A DNA stretch of 64,000 nt. Origin: Neocallimastix sp. 'constans' (lineage: Eukaryota). The DNA is taken from positions 124,001 to 188,000 of the forward strand of contig JBODTK010000143.1 in assembly GCA_050613775.1 (NCBI GenBank), read 5' to 3'. How positions within the stretch are numbered: position 1 is the stretch's first letter; every line of letters starts with the position of its first letter. The position numbers were made by a program, and so were the translations under genes. Under the pieces are notes generated by a model. That model was not told the origin of the DNA and did not search any database. It saw only the letters and a list, made by a program, of their open reading frames with translations. This document shows, one piece after another, positions 1 through 13,252 of this stretch.

Positions 1-484
1 AGATTAAATCAATTGAAATAATAAAGAATATGTAATAAATCAAACTATAAAATAAAATTAAAAATAAAATAAAATTTTATTTAAAAAAAAAAAATGAAAT
101 TTAATTAATAAATAATATGTTTATTATATTTTTTGAATTGAAATATTTAAAATTAATCTTTTTATTATTTATTTTCTAATATTCATATATATAATATATA
201 TATAATATGCATAGTATAAAAAACTAGAAAATTTTAATATATAAAATAAATTGATATTAGTTATATTATTAATGAATATGTCGGATTTAATTAATATTTT
301 TTAAAAAAGAAGAATCTTTGCTTTAAAAATAATTATTATAATTATAAATAATATTCAAACGTAAGAATTATTTTGACATTAGAGTATATGATGAATTATA
401 AAAAGTGAAGTAAAAAAAAAATACTTAATTAGTAAATAAATAAATAAATAATACCCTATACAATATTAATAGAAATATTGAATG

Positions 485-3025
485 TGTTATATGGAATGGT
501 GATTTTCAAAAATCATGGAATAATGCATCAATAGTTTCTATTTATAAAAAAGGGAATCCAGCAGATATCAATAATGGATTAAAATTTGTTGCAAAAAATC
601 ATTACTAATAGAATCCCTAACTATGGAATTAATAAAGGATTTATTAGACCAGAATAATTTAGTTTTCGTAACCGAGAAGAATGCATTAAGTCTTTACACT
701 TCATTAATAATTATATATCAGAAACAAAAAATTTGAAACTAAAGATACTTATATTGTTTTTTCTTTAACCTTAGAAAGTTGTATGATTCTGTTCCTATAT
801 AATGTATTAATGAAGATTCATCCCTTAGGCATCAAAGGTGTAAATGCTATAATTTTATTGAAAAAGTATATTTATCTTCCAAGTCTTGTTTAAGGTCAGA
901 TGTACAATTATAGGAATCATTTAATATTAAGAAAGGTGTTCATTAAGGTTATTCCCTCTCACTAATTTTTATTTAACTTCTTCATTAATGACATTTTTAA
1001 TAAATGTAATAAAATACAGAATCTTTATTGATGATAAACGTTGTTGTGGAGGTCTTTTTGCAAGATGACATTTGTGTAATACAACTCGAAAAAAGATCTC
1101 AACTTAAGAAACTATTAAAATTAGCCATTTAATTGGCTAGAAATAATGAAATGCATTTTAGTATCAATTAATGTGCAAAATTAATCGTATGAGTGGAAGT
1201 TTCCAAGTTTATTAATATATAAAAGATCCTCCTTTTTTATCTTTCAAGAGAAGAGTTACTGAAAACCGAATTGCTATACCTAACTCGGTGTATCGTTTTA
1301 AAATGATTTAGAACTGAAGCCTATCATATGGAGAATGAATAATAAAGTTAGAAAAGCACTTTTTTTATTTAAAAGGATTTATTATGAATCCTCATATTCC
1401 TTTTCTTTATACATGAATGTTATTTTTATGCTATATTATTTGGTCAAGTTTCGTATTATGCACCTCTCTACTTGGATCAAACAAAGAAAGAACGAGAAGT
1501 ATACAGACCCAAGTTAATACAGGAATTATAATGGATTGAAGGACTTTCTAATGAGAATAATTTTACATCCATTTATTGTATTTCTAAAAAACTTAACACT
1601 CCTCCTCTTTTGGCGAAATGTACGATTATTCAGGTAAGGTGTTATTAAAAAATAGAAAAACTTGAATTGTATTATCTCTGCTTTACTTAAAGATTTATCA
1701 TGTTATAGACGTTATGCATGGGATAAAGAAAAGAAAAGTAAAAATTTTAGCAGATAAATTAGATAAATTTTCATCAAAAAAAAAAAAAAAAAAAAAAAAC
1801 AATTGTAAACTTTTACTAGGAAAGAGATATGGCAGGAAAATCGATAAAGGTTATGGCTTTTAAAAAAAAATGAATTTGAGAAAACTAAAGAATATTTAAA
1901 GCTCTTTGGCTTTGGAGCTGGTGCTTTACCACATCCACACCATTCATTGTTTTCAACTCCCCATTCACCATCACCATCAGTGTAAACAACTTCACAACCA
2001 ACAGCAGAGCAAGCATATCCTTGATTGGTAATTGAAGCTGGACATTCAGTAACTTTAAATATCCTGAATATAACATTGACTTTCGATGGATACTTCGTCC
2101 TAGGTATAGATATAAATTTTAACGATTGTGTTGCCAAAGACGCCATTAAAGTTGAAGACGACTGTCCAGAACACTAACCTTGCTAATATAGAGAATAATA
2201 ATAATCCTCAATTGGAATATTGGTTTTTCAAAATGCTATCTTTTCCGTGAGTATTAAATGAAATATTTTAAGAAGATTGAAATTCTTTAAGTAAAATTTT
2301 TTTATAATACCAAATATTGTCCAATATCAAATAGTAATGTAAACATTGCTATCACAAATCATAAATAATGCAAAATCAAGTACAAATTCCGATAATAGTA
2401 ACGAAGTTTATAATATTATTAATAATAATAATAAAAATATTATTATTAATAACAGTAATAGTATTGATAGTGAAAATAGGAATATTACTATTGGTGATAG
2501 TGTAAAATAATAGTATCATTTCTAAAAAGTATAGTGAATAGGTCAATTGGTGAAAATCGAGTAAATATTAATAATTTTCTGAATAATGAGTGTGTAAATA
2601 TATATTTGCCGTGGTATCAATTAAATAACTTCCTTCTTAGTGGAAGAAATACAAACATTATTGATTTAGATTATAAAAAGGAATGGAATATTTTTATTTA
2701 AGAATCAAATGATTTCTGGTGATTATTCTAAAAATGCCATTCTTGGTATGATCTGCGGCTCTCTTTACAGAAATTATGCCTAGGCTTCGTACTCGATAAG
2801 GATTACTATTCCGACAGTACAAGCACAATCAAACCAGGAGCATCATTGCTAAAAATGCAGTAAGATAAGTAAGTAGGGTCAATGCTTCTGATGGAGAAGA
2901 CCATAATATCCTTCAGATAGTCAATTTAAATCCTAATCCGGAATAAGAATTCATTTTAAACAGAAATCTTATAATCTTGAAGGTGAGGTTCGTGGTTCGT
3001 TCGAGGCATAGGAACTTTTTTCTGA
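485..3025 (+). mobile_element. Degenerate non-LTR retrotransposon (LINE) ORF2: reverse transcriptase plus C-terminal Cys/His region and 3' end, many stops and frameshifts
   Basis: Hand translation across frameshifts gives RT motifs in order: WNNASIVSIYKKGNPADINN (~516), FRNREECI (~664), a (D)LRK.YDSVP-like segment (~770), KGV.*GYSLS.ILFNFFINDI resembling QGCPLSP (~931), GGLFA(D)DI (~1048), a YLG-like segment (~1277), then [15 protein letters not shown] and DCPEH.PC...QLEYWFF (2054-2230). Boundaries are approximate. Confidence 0.85.
1908..2052 (-). other. Isolated fungal dockerin (CBM10-like NCDD) coding fragment inserted in the LINE
   Basis: The minus-strand frame reads [49 protein letters not shown], which carries the YTDxDGxWGVENxxWCG signature. 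It has no start codon or signal peptide and is flanked by LINE sequence on both sides, with CTTT at 1904-1907 and 2053-2056. Confidence 0.9.
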
Positions 3026-3189
3026 ATTTATTTATTAACTTTATTTTGAATATTACTTTTTATTTCATATTATTATTTAAAATATTATTATATTCTAATT
3101 GGACAAATACTATTTATTTTTTTTATATTAATTTTGTGTGTTTTTTTCTTTTTTAAAAAATTATATATATACTTAAATAATATGAATGA

Positions 3190-4228
3190 GATTTTAAACA
3201 ATGAAAGATTACATAATCATCCCGAAAATGGGATTTGATTTATCAATATCCATAACAAAAGGTAAAATTAAAGAAGAAATAAAAAAATAGTTCAATTCTT
3301 TTAGATATAAAACCTAAGAGTATATTTTATGAAATTTCTCAAGAAATGTTCCTAAATATAACACGATTAGATCTCAAATTACATGAAGTATAAATAAATA
3401 ATTACTACCTGTTGTAATAAATATTGTATGAAATTCCTGATGGTATTAGAATATTATAATACAAAAAGAGGTAAGAATTTTTTGATATTGATATTCAAAA
3501 ATATTAATCTAATATTTTTTCATTCCCTATTCCAAGCAAAATTATGTACACATTATAATAAAGATATATTTGACAATGATACATTTTATGTAACACTAGA
3601 ATTTAAGTTATTCTATATTTATAACAAGAAACTATATTCTAGAGTTAAATAAGTTTTATACTATTTCTTTTTCTATATTAAAGAAAAAAAGGAACAAATT
3701 ATCTATGAAGTATTATATAAAGAAATTAAATAATAATGCTAATAAATTTAGTAACAATATTATAATAATATAATGCCAAATTAATTTATATTACGATTTT
3801 GAAAAAGAAGTGTATCTAATGCTGCCCAAAAATTTTTTCCTAATATAAATAACCAGTTGTGTTTGGCGGTATAAAAATACAATGGAAAAGCATGAAAAAA
3901 AAATTTAAATAATGTTATATTGAAGTGCGTAATAATAATAATATAGCAAAATTTATTAAAAAGTCATTTCAAACTTCTCTTTTATAAACCCTAATTATAT
4001 ATTTGAAATTTATATTAAAATTAAAAGTATGTGCCAAAAAAAAAAAAAAAAAAAAAAAAAAAAGATATGACAGTTTTCTGGAATTTTTGAAATAAGATAT
4101 AAATAATTGGAATTATTAAAATAATATAAAAAAAAACACAATAAATAACGTATCAAAGTCTTTTAATAATTACTTAAATAATTTTTTTCCAAAACAAACT
4201 TTCCTGTTTAAAATTAATATACTTATTG

Positions 4229-4267
<39 letters not shown>

Positions 4268-4330
4268 ATCCATAATTTATTGTGATTACAATAGAAATAT
4301 AAAAAAAAAGAGTTAATTTGTAATGGTTGT
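3190..4330 (+). mobile_element. Degenerate Mutator-like (MULE) transposase relic, same family as 13253-14695
   Basis: Colinear similarity to the near-intact transposase: LHNHPE, KIKEEIK..SI.LDIKP, IFKNINLIFFHSLFQAKL...DIFDNDTFY, YDFEK, SNFSFINPNYIFEIY, NNVSKSFNNYLNNFFPK. Many frameshifts. Confidence 0.8.
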
Positions 4331-5059
4331 AATAGAAGTAATTATGATTATACTATTATATATTATATATCAATGTACTCTATATCCTTGTTTAAAGCAT
4401 GATTCATTGTTACTCCACTAGTAATATTTTTTATTATTAATCGATCATTATTATATATTTTTAAATTATTGCTATCCTTTACATTTTAATCATTCAATAT
4501 TAAACATAAATTATTCTAAAGAAAAATATAAAATAAATAAATAACACAAAATAAAAAAGAAAAAAAAATTATACTAGGAAAAGTACTATTAATTTTAAAA
4601 ATTAAATAAATATAAATTAAAATAAAGTTAATGCTATTAATAAATTTCTAATATATAGTAATTTTACTAATTTTTTGAAAATTTAATAATGAAAAATTGA
4701 TGATATTATTAATAAATAAATAATAAAAAACTTTACTACTGCTATATTTAAAGTGATTGAATTTTGATATAAATTTTATTTAATATATTTTATTAATTAA
4801 ATTAATAAAAAGGTATTTATTAATAAATTTTTCAATTTCTTTTATAAAATTTGAGGCTTAATCTAATTAGTAATTTCTTTTATATGAACTACTTTAAGTC
4901 TTATTAATTTTTTTTTTTTTTTTTTAGATTATTAGTAATATAAATTTTTTTAACTAGTAATTTAATTCTATCCTAAACTTTATTCTTTCACTCCCCTTCA
5001 AACTTTTATTTATTTATTAAATATTTAAGTTTAGTAAACTTTGTTATCTTTGGTCTATT

Positions 5060-5720
5060 TAAAGTTTTTAATTAAAATGTCGACTAGTATTTCTTCAGTG
5101 TTTATATATTCGATTTTTTTTTTTTTTTATTATTTTTTTTAAGTGTTCTCTAATATCAATGTGTTTCATATTATTATTAAAAGGACCATTTTCAAGTACT
5201 TTTAAACTCTATTTATTTTCAGTAAAGAAAGTGAATTATTTTTCTTTGTTGTATAATTCAAATATTATGATATTTAACCATAAAACATTTCTAGTTAATT
5301 CTGCAGTACTAATAAATTCAACTTCATCTGTTAATAATAGTGCTACAGATTTTTTTTTTTTTTTTTTTTTTTGGAAGCCCAATAAATTGATTTATTTTGA
5401 TTTATTACCGAAATATATTATGTTTCCCGATGTAGATTTGGGATCTTGTTTATCACTTCCCCTAAAGTAAGTATTATAATAAACTATAAAATCACCAATA
5501 ACCGTCGTATATAATTTTGAAATCATTAGTGTAATTAAAGTATTTGAAAATATTAATGTTAATGACTTCATTCCATTAATAGAGATAGTAGGTGATTCAT
5601 AAAATCTAGATGAATTGTTAACAGCAAAAGGCAATATAGAAAGATAAATTAATGAACTTAGGATTGATTCATAAATAATTAAGCTGTATTTTCCTAATAA
5701 TTATAGTTTTCAAACAATCT
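5060..5720 (-). mobile_element. Ty1/copia RT-RNase H remnant
   Basis: The minus strand gives LPFAVNNSSRF.ESPT, DKQDPKSTSGNIIYFGN, IYWASKK..SVAL....EVEFISTAEL and KHIDIREH. These correspond to the copia DRKSTSG, WxSKKQ and KHID motifs. Confidence 0.8.
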
Positions 5721-6499
5721 ATTATTTATGTCCATCAGTATCCACAAAATCTAATATCACAACAAAAAAAAAAAAAACCACAAAAAATCACATTTAAATA
5801 GAAAAGTCACTTCCAAATCAAAAATTACAGCAAATTCGGAATCTTATCGATATGGAAGATTTAATAATAAACAATAATAGATAATATTCCACCGACTATC
5901 GATGTTTCCAATATGATTACTATAGAAAAAAAACTCAATATTATAATAAAAAAAAGTTAAAAAAAATTTATTGCATTTGTAATAAATAAAATCATGAATA
6001 AATCTACTATATATATATGAATATATATTGGAAAATAAATATAATAAAAAGTAGTATATTTAAATTATGTTAACAATTAATTTTAATTTTTAATGCGTTA
6101 ACTATTATTATATTTTTGCATATTAAATATCATAAGTTATATGAATATTTAAAGTAATAAAATAATGAAAAAAAAAATTAATGTTAATTATGAAAATATA
6201 TAATTATTATCAATCCAACAGTATTCAAAATGAAAAATAAATGAAAATATGCAAGATAATAAAATGTATAATTATAATTAAAGAAAAGATAATAAAGCAA
6301 TAAGAATTGTTAATATAATAATTATATTATGATAATTAATAATAATTAATAATAAAGAAAAATATATAATAAATTATAATACATAATGAATAACAAATAA
6401 TAATAAAAATAAATAATAATAAAAATAAATAATAATAAAAATAAATAATAACAATAAATAATAACAATAAATAATACTAAAAATAATGTGTAAGAAAGT

Positions 6500-6760
6500 A
6501 TGACATAAAAATAATGGATAATAAAGTGTTATTACTGCTCATGTCAAGAGGTTTACAAGCATTTCAAATTTATTGTGATTTTGAAGGAATAATTTTTAAA
6601 ATGGAATTATTTACATTTATGACTATTTTGAAACTTATATTGGTCACTGTAAAAATTATTATCTATGGTATCTATTTATATTATTATTATATTATTTTGA
6701 AATAAGCTAATTTAAATCATTTCCCTAATATTATCCATATATTAGAAAATTTTAATTAAA
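6500..6760 (+). mobile_element. Short MULE transposase fragment
   Basis: FQIYCDFEG matches the HCDFEQG second catalytic Asp region of the transposase at 13253-14050. The rest is very degraded. Confidence 0.4.
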
Positions 6761-7002
6761 TAAAAAAAAAAATAATTAAAAATGAGAAATATAAAATAAA
6801 ATAAATAATAATATAAATAAATAATAATAAAAATTATAATAATGATTATGATAAAAATTTAAAGTTACTAATAATAATGATAATAATAAAAGTAATAGAA
6901 GTAATTATTTATAATAAATTGTTTATTAATTAATAATTTTTTAAATATTTAATAAGATTTAAAAGTATAATGATTATATTTAATTAAAATTTTATTTATA
7001 AT

Positions 7003-7004
<2 letters not shown>

Positions 7005-7088
<84 letters not shown>

Positions 7089-7197
7089 TTAAATTCAAAA
7101 GTAAGTGTATTTTCAATATTTCCATTATTATTATTACTATTATTATAATTATTATCATTATTCTTAATCATTATTATTATTATTATTATTATTCTTA

Positions 7198-7240
<43 letters not shown>

Positions 7241-7266
7241 TTAATTATTATTATTATTATTATTAA

Positions 7267-7323
<57 letters not shown>
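7005..7323. repeat. (AAT)n tract (7005-7087) followed by an imperfect (ATT)n tract (~7124-7323)
   Basis: Directly visible trinucleotide microsatellites in inverted orientation to each other. Confidence 0.95.
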
Positions 7324-7326
<3 letters not shown>

Positions 7327-7544
7327 TTTTATAGCTCCAATTATTGTGAACTTTAACTTTATTTATTTATTCATTTATTAGTTACATATATATTATTTAA
7401 AAAAATACACAATTAATAAAAAAAAAATAAATAAATATTATTTGTCCTAATTGAATATAATATAAATAATTTTTTAAATAGTAATGTGAAATAAAAGTTA
7501 AGATAAAAAAATAAAGTATATCAATAAAAAAAAAAAGTTCATAT

Positions 7545-7880
7545 GCAACGAACCTCACTTTCAAATTATAAGATTTTCTGTTTTAAGGAATTGGAATTCT
7601 TATCTTGAATTAGGGTTTGAATTGGCAATCTGAAAGAAATTTATTTTCTTCTTCTTCTTCAGAGGCATTGGCATTGCTGCCTGCTGGCCTGTCTTACTGC
7701 ATTTTCATCAATCGTTGATGCACCTGGCTAGTTTGCGCTTATACCGTCGGAATAGCAATCCTTGTCGAATATTCACCCTTAGGCATAATTTCTATAAAGA
7801 GAGCCACAGATCATACCAAGAATTATGTTTTTAGTATAATCACATGAAATAATTTGGTTATTAAACAAAACATCTCATTC
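7545..7880 (-). mobile_element. LINE 3' end fragment (same family as 485-3025), distal half of a split copy
   Basis: The reverse complement aligns by eye to 2681-3000, e.g. attcttggtatgatctg(t/c)ggctctcttta(t/c)agaaattatgccta and aatcttataat(t/c)tgaa(a/g)gtgaggttcgt. Confidence 0.9.
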
Positions 7881-8446
7881 GGATGTGAGGCATTTCATCA
7901 GGTTACCTTGAACCAAATTTTTTGAAAGTATATGGCGTATTAAAAATGATGCATTTCGCCAAATTGAAGATTATTAAATAAATAAATAAATAAAATTAAA
8001 TATTATTATTGATGTATTTTATATTTTAATAGTAAAATATTTAAATATTAAAAAATAATATTTTTTTAATATATGGATATCCTTTACAGATATCTGTTCA
8101 AATAAATAAATAATTGATAAATAATAAATAATAAAATAAATAATAATATAAACAATATAGTAATAATTATAAAAGGATTATCATTAATAATAATAATAAT
8201 AATGATAATGACAATTAAAATTATAAATAATAATTACTATTATTTACAAATACATATATAAATGAATTAATAAAAATAATATTTAAATGCTTCAGAAAAA
8301 TATTAAAAAGTTTTTCTTATATACCATTTTATGTTTATAAATTAATAATAAATAATATATAATATAAACTGTAACAATAATTACAGAAACATCAATAATT
8401 TTTTTTTATAATAACGATGAAAATAATAATAATAGTTATTAAATAA

Positions 8447-8480
<34 letters not shown>

Positions 8481-10045
8481 TAAAATTATAATATAAAAAT
8501 CTTTATACTTAAGAAAATATTTAAAAATAAAAAAAATCTCATTAATACTTTATATTCATCAGTCACATAAAAAAAAAAAAAAAAAAAAAAGGAATAGTTT
8601 AAAATAAAAAAAAATTAAAAAATAAGATTTGGATAATTTTAATCTTCATTTAAAATATATATAATTAAAAATATATATTAATAAAATTAATTATTAAAAT
8701 ATTTAAATAGAAACTTTTATCAAAAAAAAAAAAAAAAAAATGGTGAAAAATCAAGAAATTGAAATATGCAAAACTAATAGAGGAAAAGAACATATTATTT
8801 TAAATAGAAAAATATAAATTTAATCTTTCATTAAAAAGTAAAGAACAATTCAAATAAAAATATAAATGTACTGAATATAAAACATTAAATAAATGACTAT
8901 CTTTCATTATTTTAAACAATGAGTATCAAATCTTAGAATATGATGACTCACATAATCATCTTGAAAATAAATTTGAAGCAGCTAAAATCAATTGGAAAAA
9001 AAAATGAAATTAAAAATGAAATTACAAAATAGTTCAATTCCTTTTAATGTAAATATAAAACGTAAATATGATAATATTAAATATATTACAAATAATGTGT
9101 CAGAATCTTTTAATACCTTAAAAAAATTGTTTCCAAAAAAAAACAACTTTTTTTTCAGTTATTATCAGAATTATAAGAAGAAGAACCCAAATATTATATT
9201 GATTACGAAAGGAGAATTGCTGGAGTTTTGAAACAAAAAAAAAAAAAAAATACAAATTGAGGAAATCAAGGCTTTAGTTGAATATTACTAAAATATGGAA
9301 ACTCTATTAAAAAAAAAAAAAAAGGATAAAGTGTTAGAAATGATTTTATTGAATTATGATTGAAATGCTTAAATGAAGTAAACATTAAAATTATTAATTA
9401 ATAATAAATTATTAAGAAATGACAGAAAACTAACCAAATGAATTCTGTCGTACATAATTATTATTTATTAATAGTTAAAATTATTTTAAAAAGAGAGTAA
9501 ATGCAATAAATGCAATAATGATTAAAGTATTTTTAATCTTTATTGGATTAGGCTAGCTTAAGAATATTATAATATATTTTTTATAATTAAAATATTATTA
9601 TTGTAATATTATTTTTTACAAAACAAAAAAAATATACTGTTATAATTTATGATATGCGCGACTTTTATGTACAATAATTTATAAGCAGTGGGTTTTTAAA
9701 TAATGATAATTTAGTAAAATCTATTAATAAAATTATAATATTCATAATTACAATTGGAATAATAATTCTAATTCCTAAAATTTACAATAGAATCTCTATT
9801 TCTAATATATATAATTTAATCTATTTATAAGAAATAGGTAAAATATTAATTATATATCCTAATATAAAGAACTATATAAATTTTATATGAATTAAAATAT
9901 TATAATTATTATAAATATAATACATATTGGAATGAAATTAAATAATTATTATCAAAAAGATATAAATTTAATATTTAATAATTATTATTAAATATATAAA
10001 TATGTTATTACACATATTTACTTTATATCATTTAGAATTATTTTA

Positions 10046-10091
<46 letters not shown>

Positions 10092-10699
10092 AATATTAAA
10101 ATATATCTTCATGATTAAATATAGTTTTATAATTAAATATTATAAATAATTATTTTATTACTACTATACAAAAATATTAAAATATATCTTTAATTAAATA
10201 TTATGATTAATTATAATCAATGAATATTATTTGTAAAAATATTATTAAAATAATATTAATTATTAAATAAATATTATAAAAAAAGTTTTAAAAAATATAT
10301 TTTGAATTTTCTTTTTTATTTATTTATTCATTTATTTATATCAATACGCCACTTAGCGAAAAGTAACTTTTCCATCCGGGGGTGTGTCATTTCGAAAATT
10401 TTTATTACATAAATTTGTATTTTGTTGTAGTGTATTTCGGAAAACATGGCGTATTATAATGTAATAAATAAATAAATGAATAAATAAATTATAAATGAAT
10501 AAATAAATTTTTAAATAATAATAAAAATAATTAAGACAAACGTTTATTATGACCAAAAAAATTTTTTTTAGAAAATTAAATAAAAATATATATATATATA
10601 TATTACTACATATATAAAATAATTATATTTTTTTTATTTTATTTTAAATATTATTAATTATTATTAATACATTAATACCTTGTTTATATTATCAACAGA

Positions 10700-12500
10700 A
10701 AATACAGATTGAATAAAATAAAATAAAATGAAATTAAATAAAATAAAATAAATAGTAGAAACATAAATATAAGTACAGATTGAATAAAATAAAATAAAAT
10801 AAAATAAAATAAAATAAAATAAAATAAAATAAAATAAAATAAAATAAAATAAAATAAAATAAAATAAAATAAAATAAAATAAAATAAAATAAAATAAAAT
10901 AAAATAAAATAAAATAAAATAAAATAAAATAAAATAAAATAAAATAAAATAAAATAAAATAAAATAAAATAAAATAAAATAAATAGTAAAATATGAATAT
11001 ATAGTACAGATTGAATAAAATAAAATAAATAGTAAAATATGAATATATAGTACAGATTGAATAAAATAAAATAAAATAAAATAAAATAAAATAAAATAAA
11101 ATAAAATAAAATAAAATAAAATAAAAAATAAAATAAAATAAAATAAAATAAAATAAAATAAAATAAAATAAAAAATAAAATAAAATAAAATAAAATAAAA
11201 TAAAATAAAATAAAATAAAATAAAATAAAAAATAAAATAAAATAAAATAAAATAAAATAAAATAAAATAAAATAAAATAAAATAAAATAAAATAAAATAA
11301 AATAAAATAAAATAAAATAAAATAAAATAAAATAAAATAAATAGTAGAAACATGAATATAAAGTACAGATTTAATAAAATAAAATAAAATAAAATAAAAT
11401 AAAATAAAATAAATAGTAGAAACATGAATATAAAGTACAGATTTAATAAAATAAAATAAAATAAAATAAAATAAAATAAAATAAAATAAATAGTAAAATA
11501 TGAATATATAGTACAGATTGAATAAAATAAAATAAAATAAATAGTAAAATATGAATATATAGTACAGATTGAATAAAATAAAATAAAATAAAATAAATAG
11601 TAGAATATCAAATATAAAGTATAGATCGAATAAAATAAAATAAAATAAAATAAAATAAATAGTAAAATATGAATATATAGTACAGATTGAATAAAATAAA
11701 ATAAAATAAAATAAAATAAAATAAAATAAAATAAAATAAAATAAAATAAAATAAAATAAAATAAAATAAATAGTAGAATATCAAATATTAAGTATAGATC
11801 GAATAAAATAAAATAAAATAAAATAAAATAAAATAAATATTAGAATATGAATATATAGAACAGATTGAATAAAATAAAATAAAATAAATAGTAAAATATG
11901 AATATATAGTACAGATTGAATAAAATAAAATAAAATAAAATAAAATAAAATAAAATAAAATAAAATAAATAGTAGAAACATGAATATAAAGTACAGATTT
12001 AATAAAATAAAATAAAATAAAATAAAATAAAATAAAATAAAATAAATAGTAGAATATCAAATATAAAGTATAGATCGAATAAAATAAAATAAAATAAAAT
12101 AAAATAAAATAAAATAAAATAAAATAAAATAAAATAAAATAAATAGTAGAAACATGAATATAAAGTACAGATTTAATAAAATAAAATAAAATAAAATAAA
12201 ATAAAATAAAATAAAATAAATAGTAGAAACATGAATATAAAGTACAGATTTAATAAAATAAAATAAAATAAAATAAAATAAAATAAAATAAAATAAATAG
12301 TAGAATATCAAATGTAAAGTATAGATCGAATAAAATAAAATAAAATAAAATAAATATTAGAATATGAATATATAGTACAGATTGAATAAAATAAAATAAA
12401 ATAAAATAAAATAAATATTAGAATATGAATATATAGTACAGATTGAATAAAATAAAATAAAATAAAATAAATATTAGAATATGAATATATAGTACAGAAA
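10700..12500. repeat. Compound satellite: (AAAAT)n tracts punctuated by about 20 copies of a ~29-bp unit (consensus AGTAGAA(A/T)ATGAATATA(T/A)AGTACAGATT(G/T))
   Basis: Directly visible. It accounts for the spurious FYFIL-repeat ORFs. Confidence 0.95.
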
Positions 12501-12778
12501 ATAATTTTAATTATTTATAATTCATATTTTCATAAACGATATATATATATATATATATATTAATTTAAATGATATAAGAATTAAAAACTAAAACAATAAG
12601 AGTTGAATAATTGATCCTATTAAAATAATTAATTATTTGCATAGTAATATTTATAATGTTTGATCAATATGAATCAATTATTATTAAAATATAATAATAA
12701 CAATTATAATTTTAATAAAATAATAAAAATCTTTTATTGAATTTAATATTTTTAATAACATAATTAATTTTGTAAAGT

Positions 12779-13028
12779 ATATTGATATTAATAAAATTTA
12801 TAATAATATAATATTGATATTGATATTAATAAGATTTATAATTATATAATATTGATATTGATATTAATAAAATTTATAATTATATAATATTGATATTGAT
12901 ATTAATAAAATTTATAATTATATAATATTGATATTGATATTAATAAAATTTATAATTATATAATATTGATATTGATATTAATAAAATTTATAATTATATA
13001 ATATTGATATTGATATTAATAAAATTTT
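12779..13028. repeat. 38-bp minisatellite (ATATTGATATTGATATTAATAAAATTTATAATTATATA), about 6.5 copies
   Basis: Units start at 12811, 12849, 12887, 12925, 12963 and 13001. Confidence 0.9.
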
Positions 13029-13252
13029 AACTAGTATCAAATAAATCGGTTTTAGTTATAAATTACTTAATAAAAATAACTAAAAGATAATTTCTATTAA
13101 GATTATTAAATAAACACAATAGGTAAATAAATTTGTATTTTTCTAGCATTTTTTTAAATTAAGATTATTTAATTATTATTTAAACGATTATAAATATAAA
13201 TTTAAAATAAATAAATTTTTATTTTTCTAGCATTTTTTTAAATTAAGATTAT

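Noticed and set aside
1712..2146. 144-aa ORF as a real dockerin protein gene
   Set aside because: Only the central ~48 codons are dockerin. The flanks are antisense LINE sequence and a poly-T run, with no signal peptide or catalytic domain.
10664..12311. Long hydrophobic ORFs (FYFIL repeats) and a CRISPR-like look
   Set aside because: The ORFs are translations of (ATTTT)n. The spacers are microsatellite rather than unique sequence, there are no cas genes, and the context is eukaryotic.
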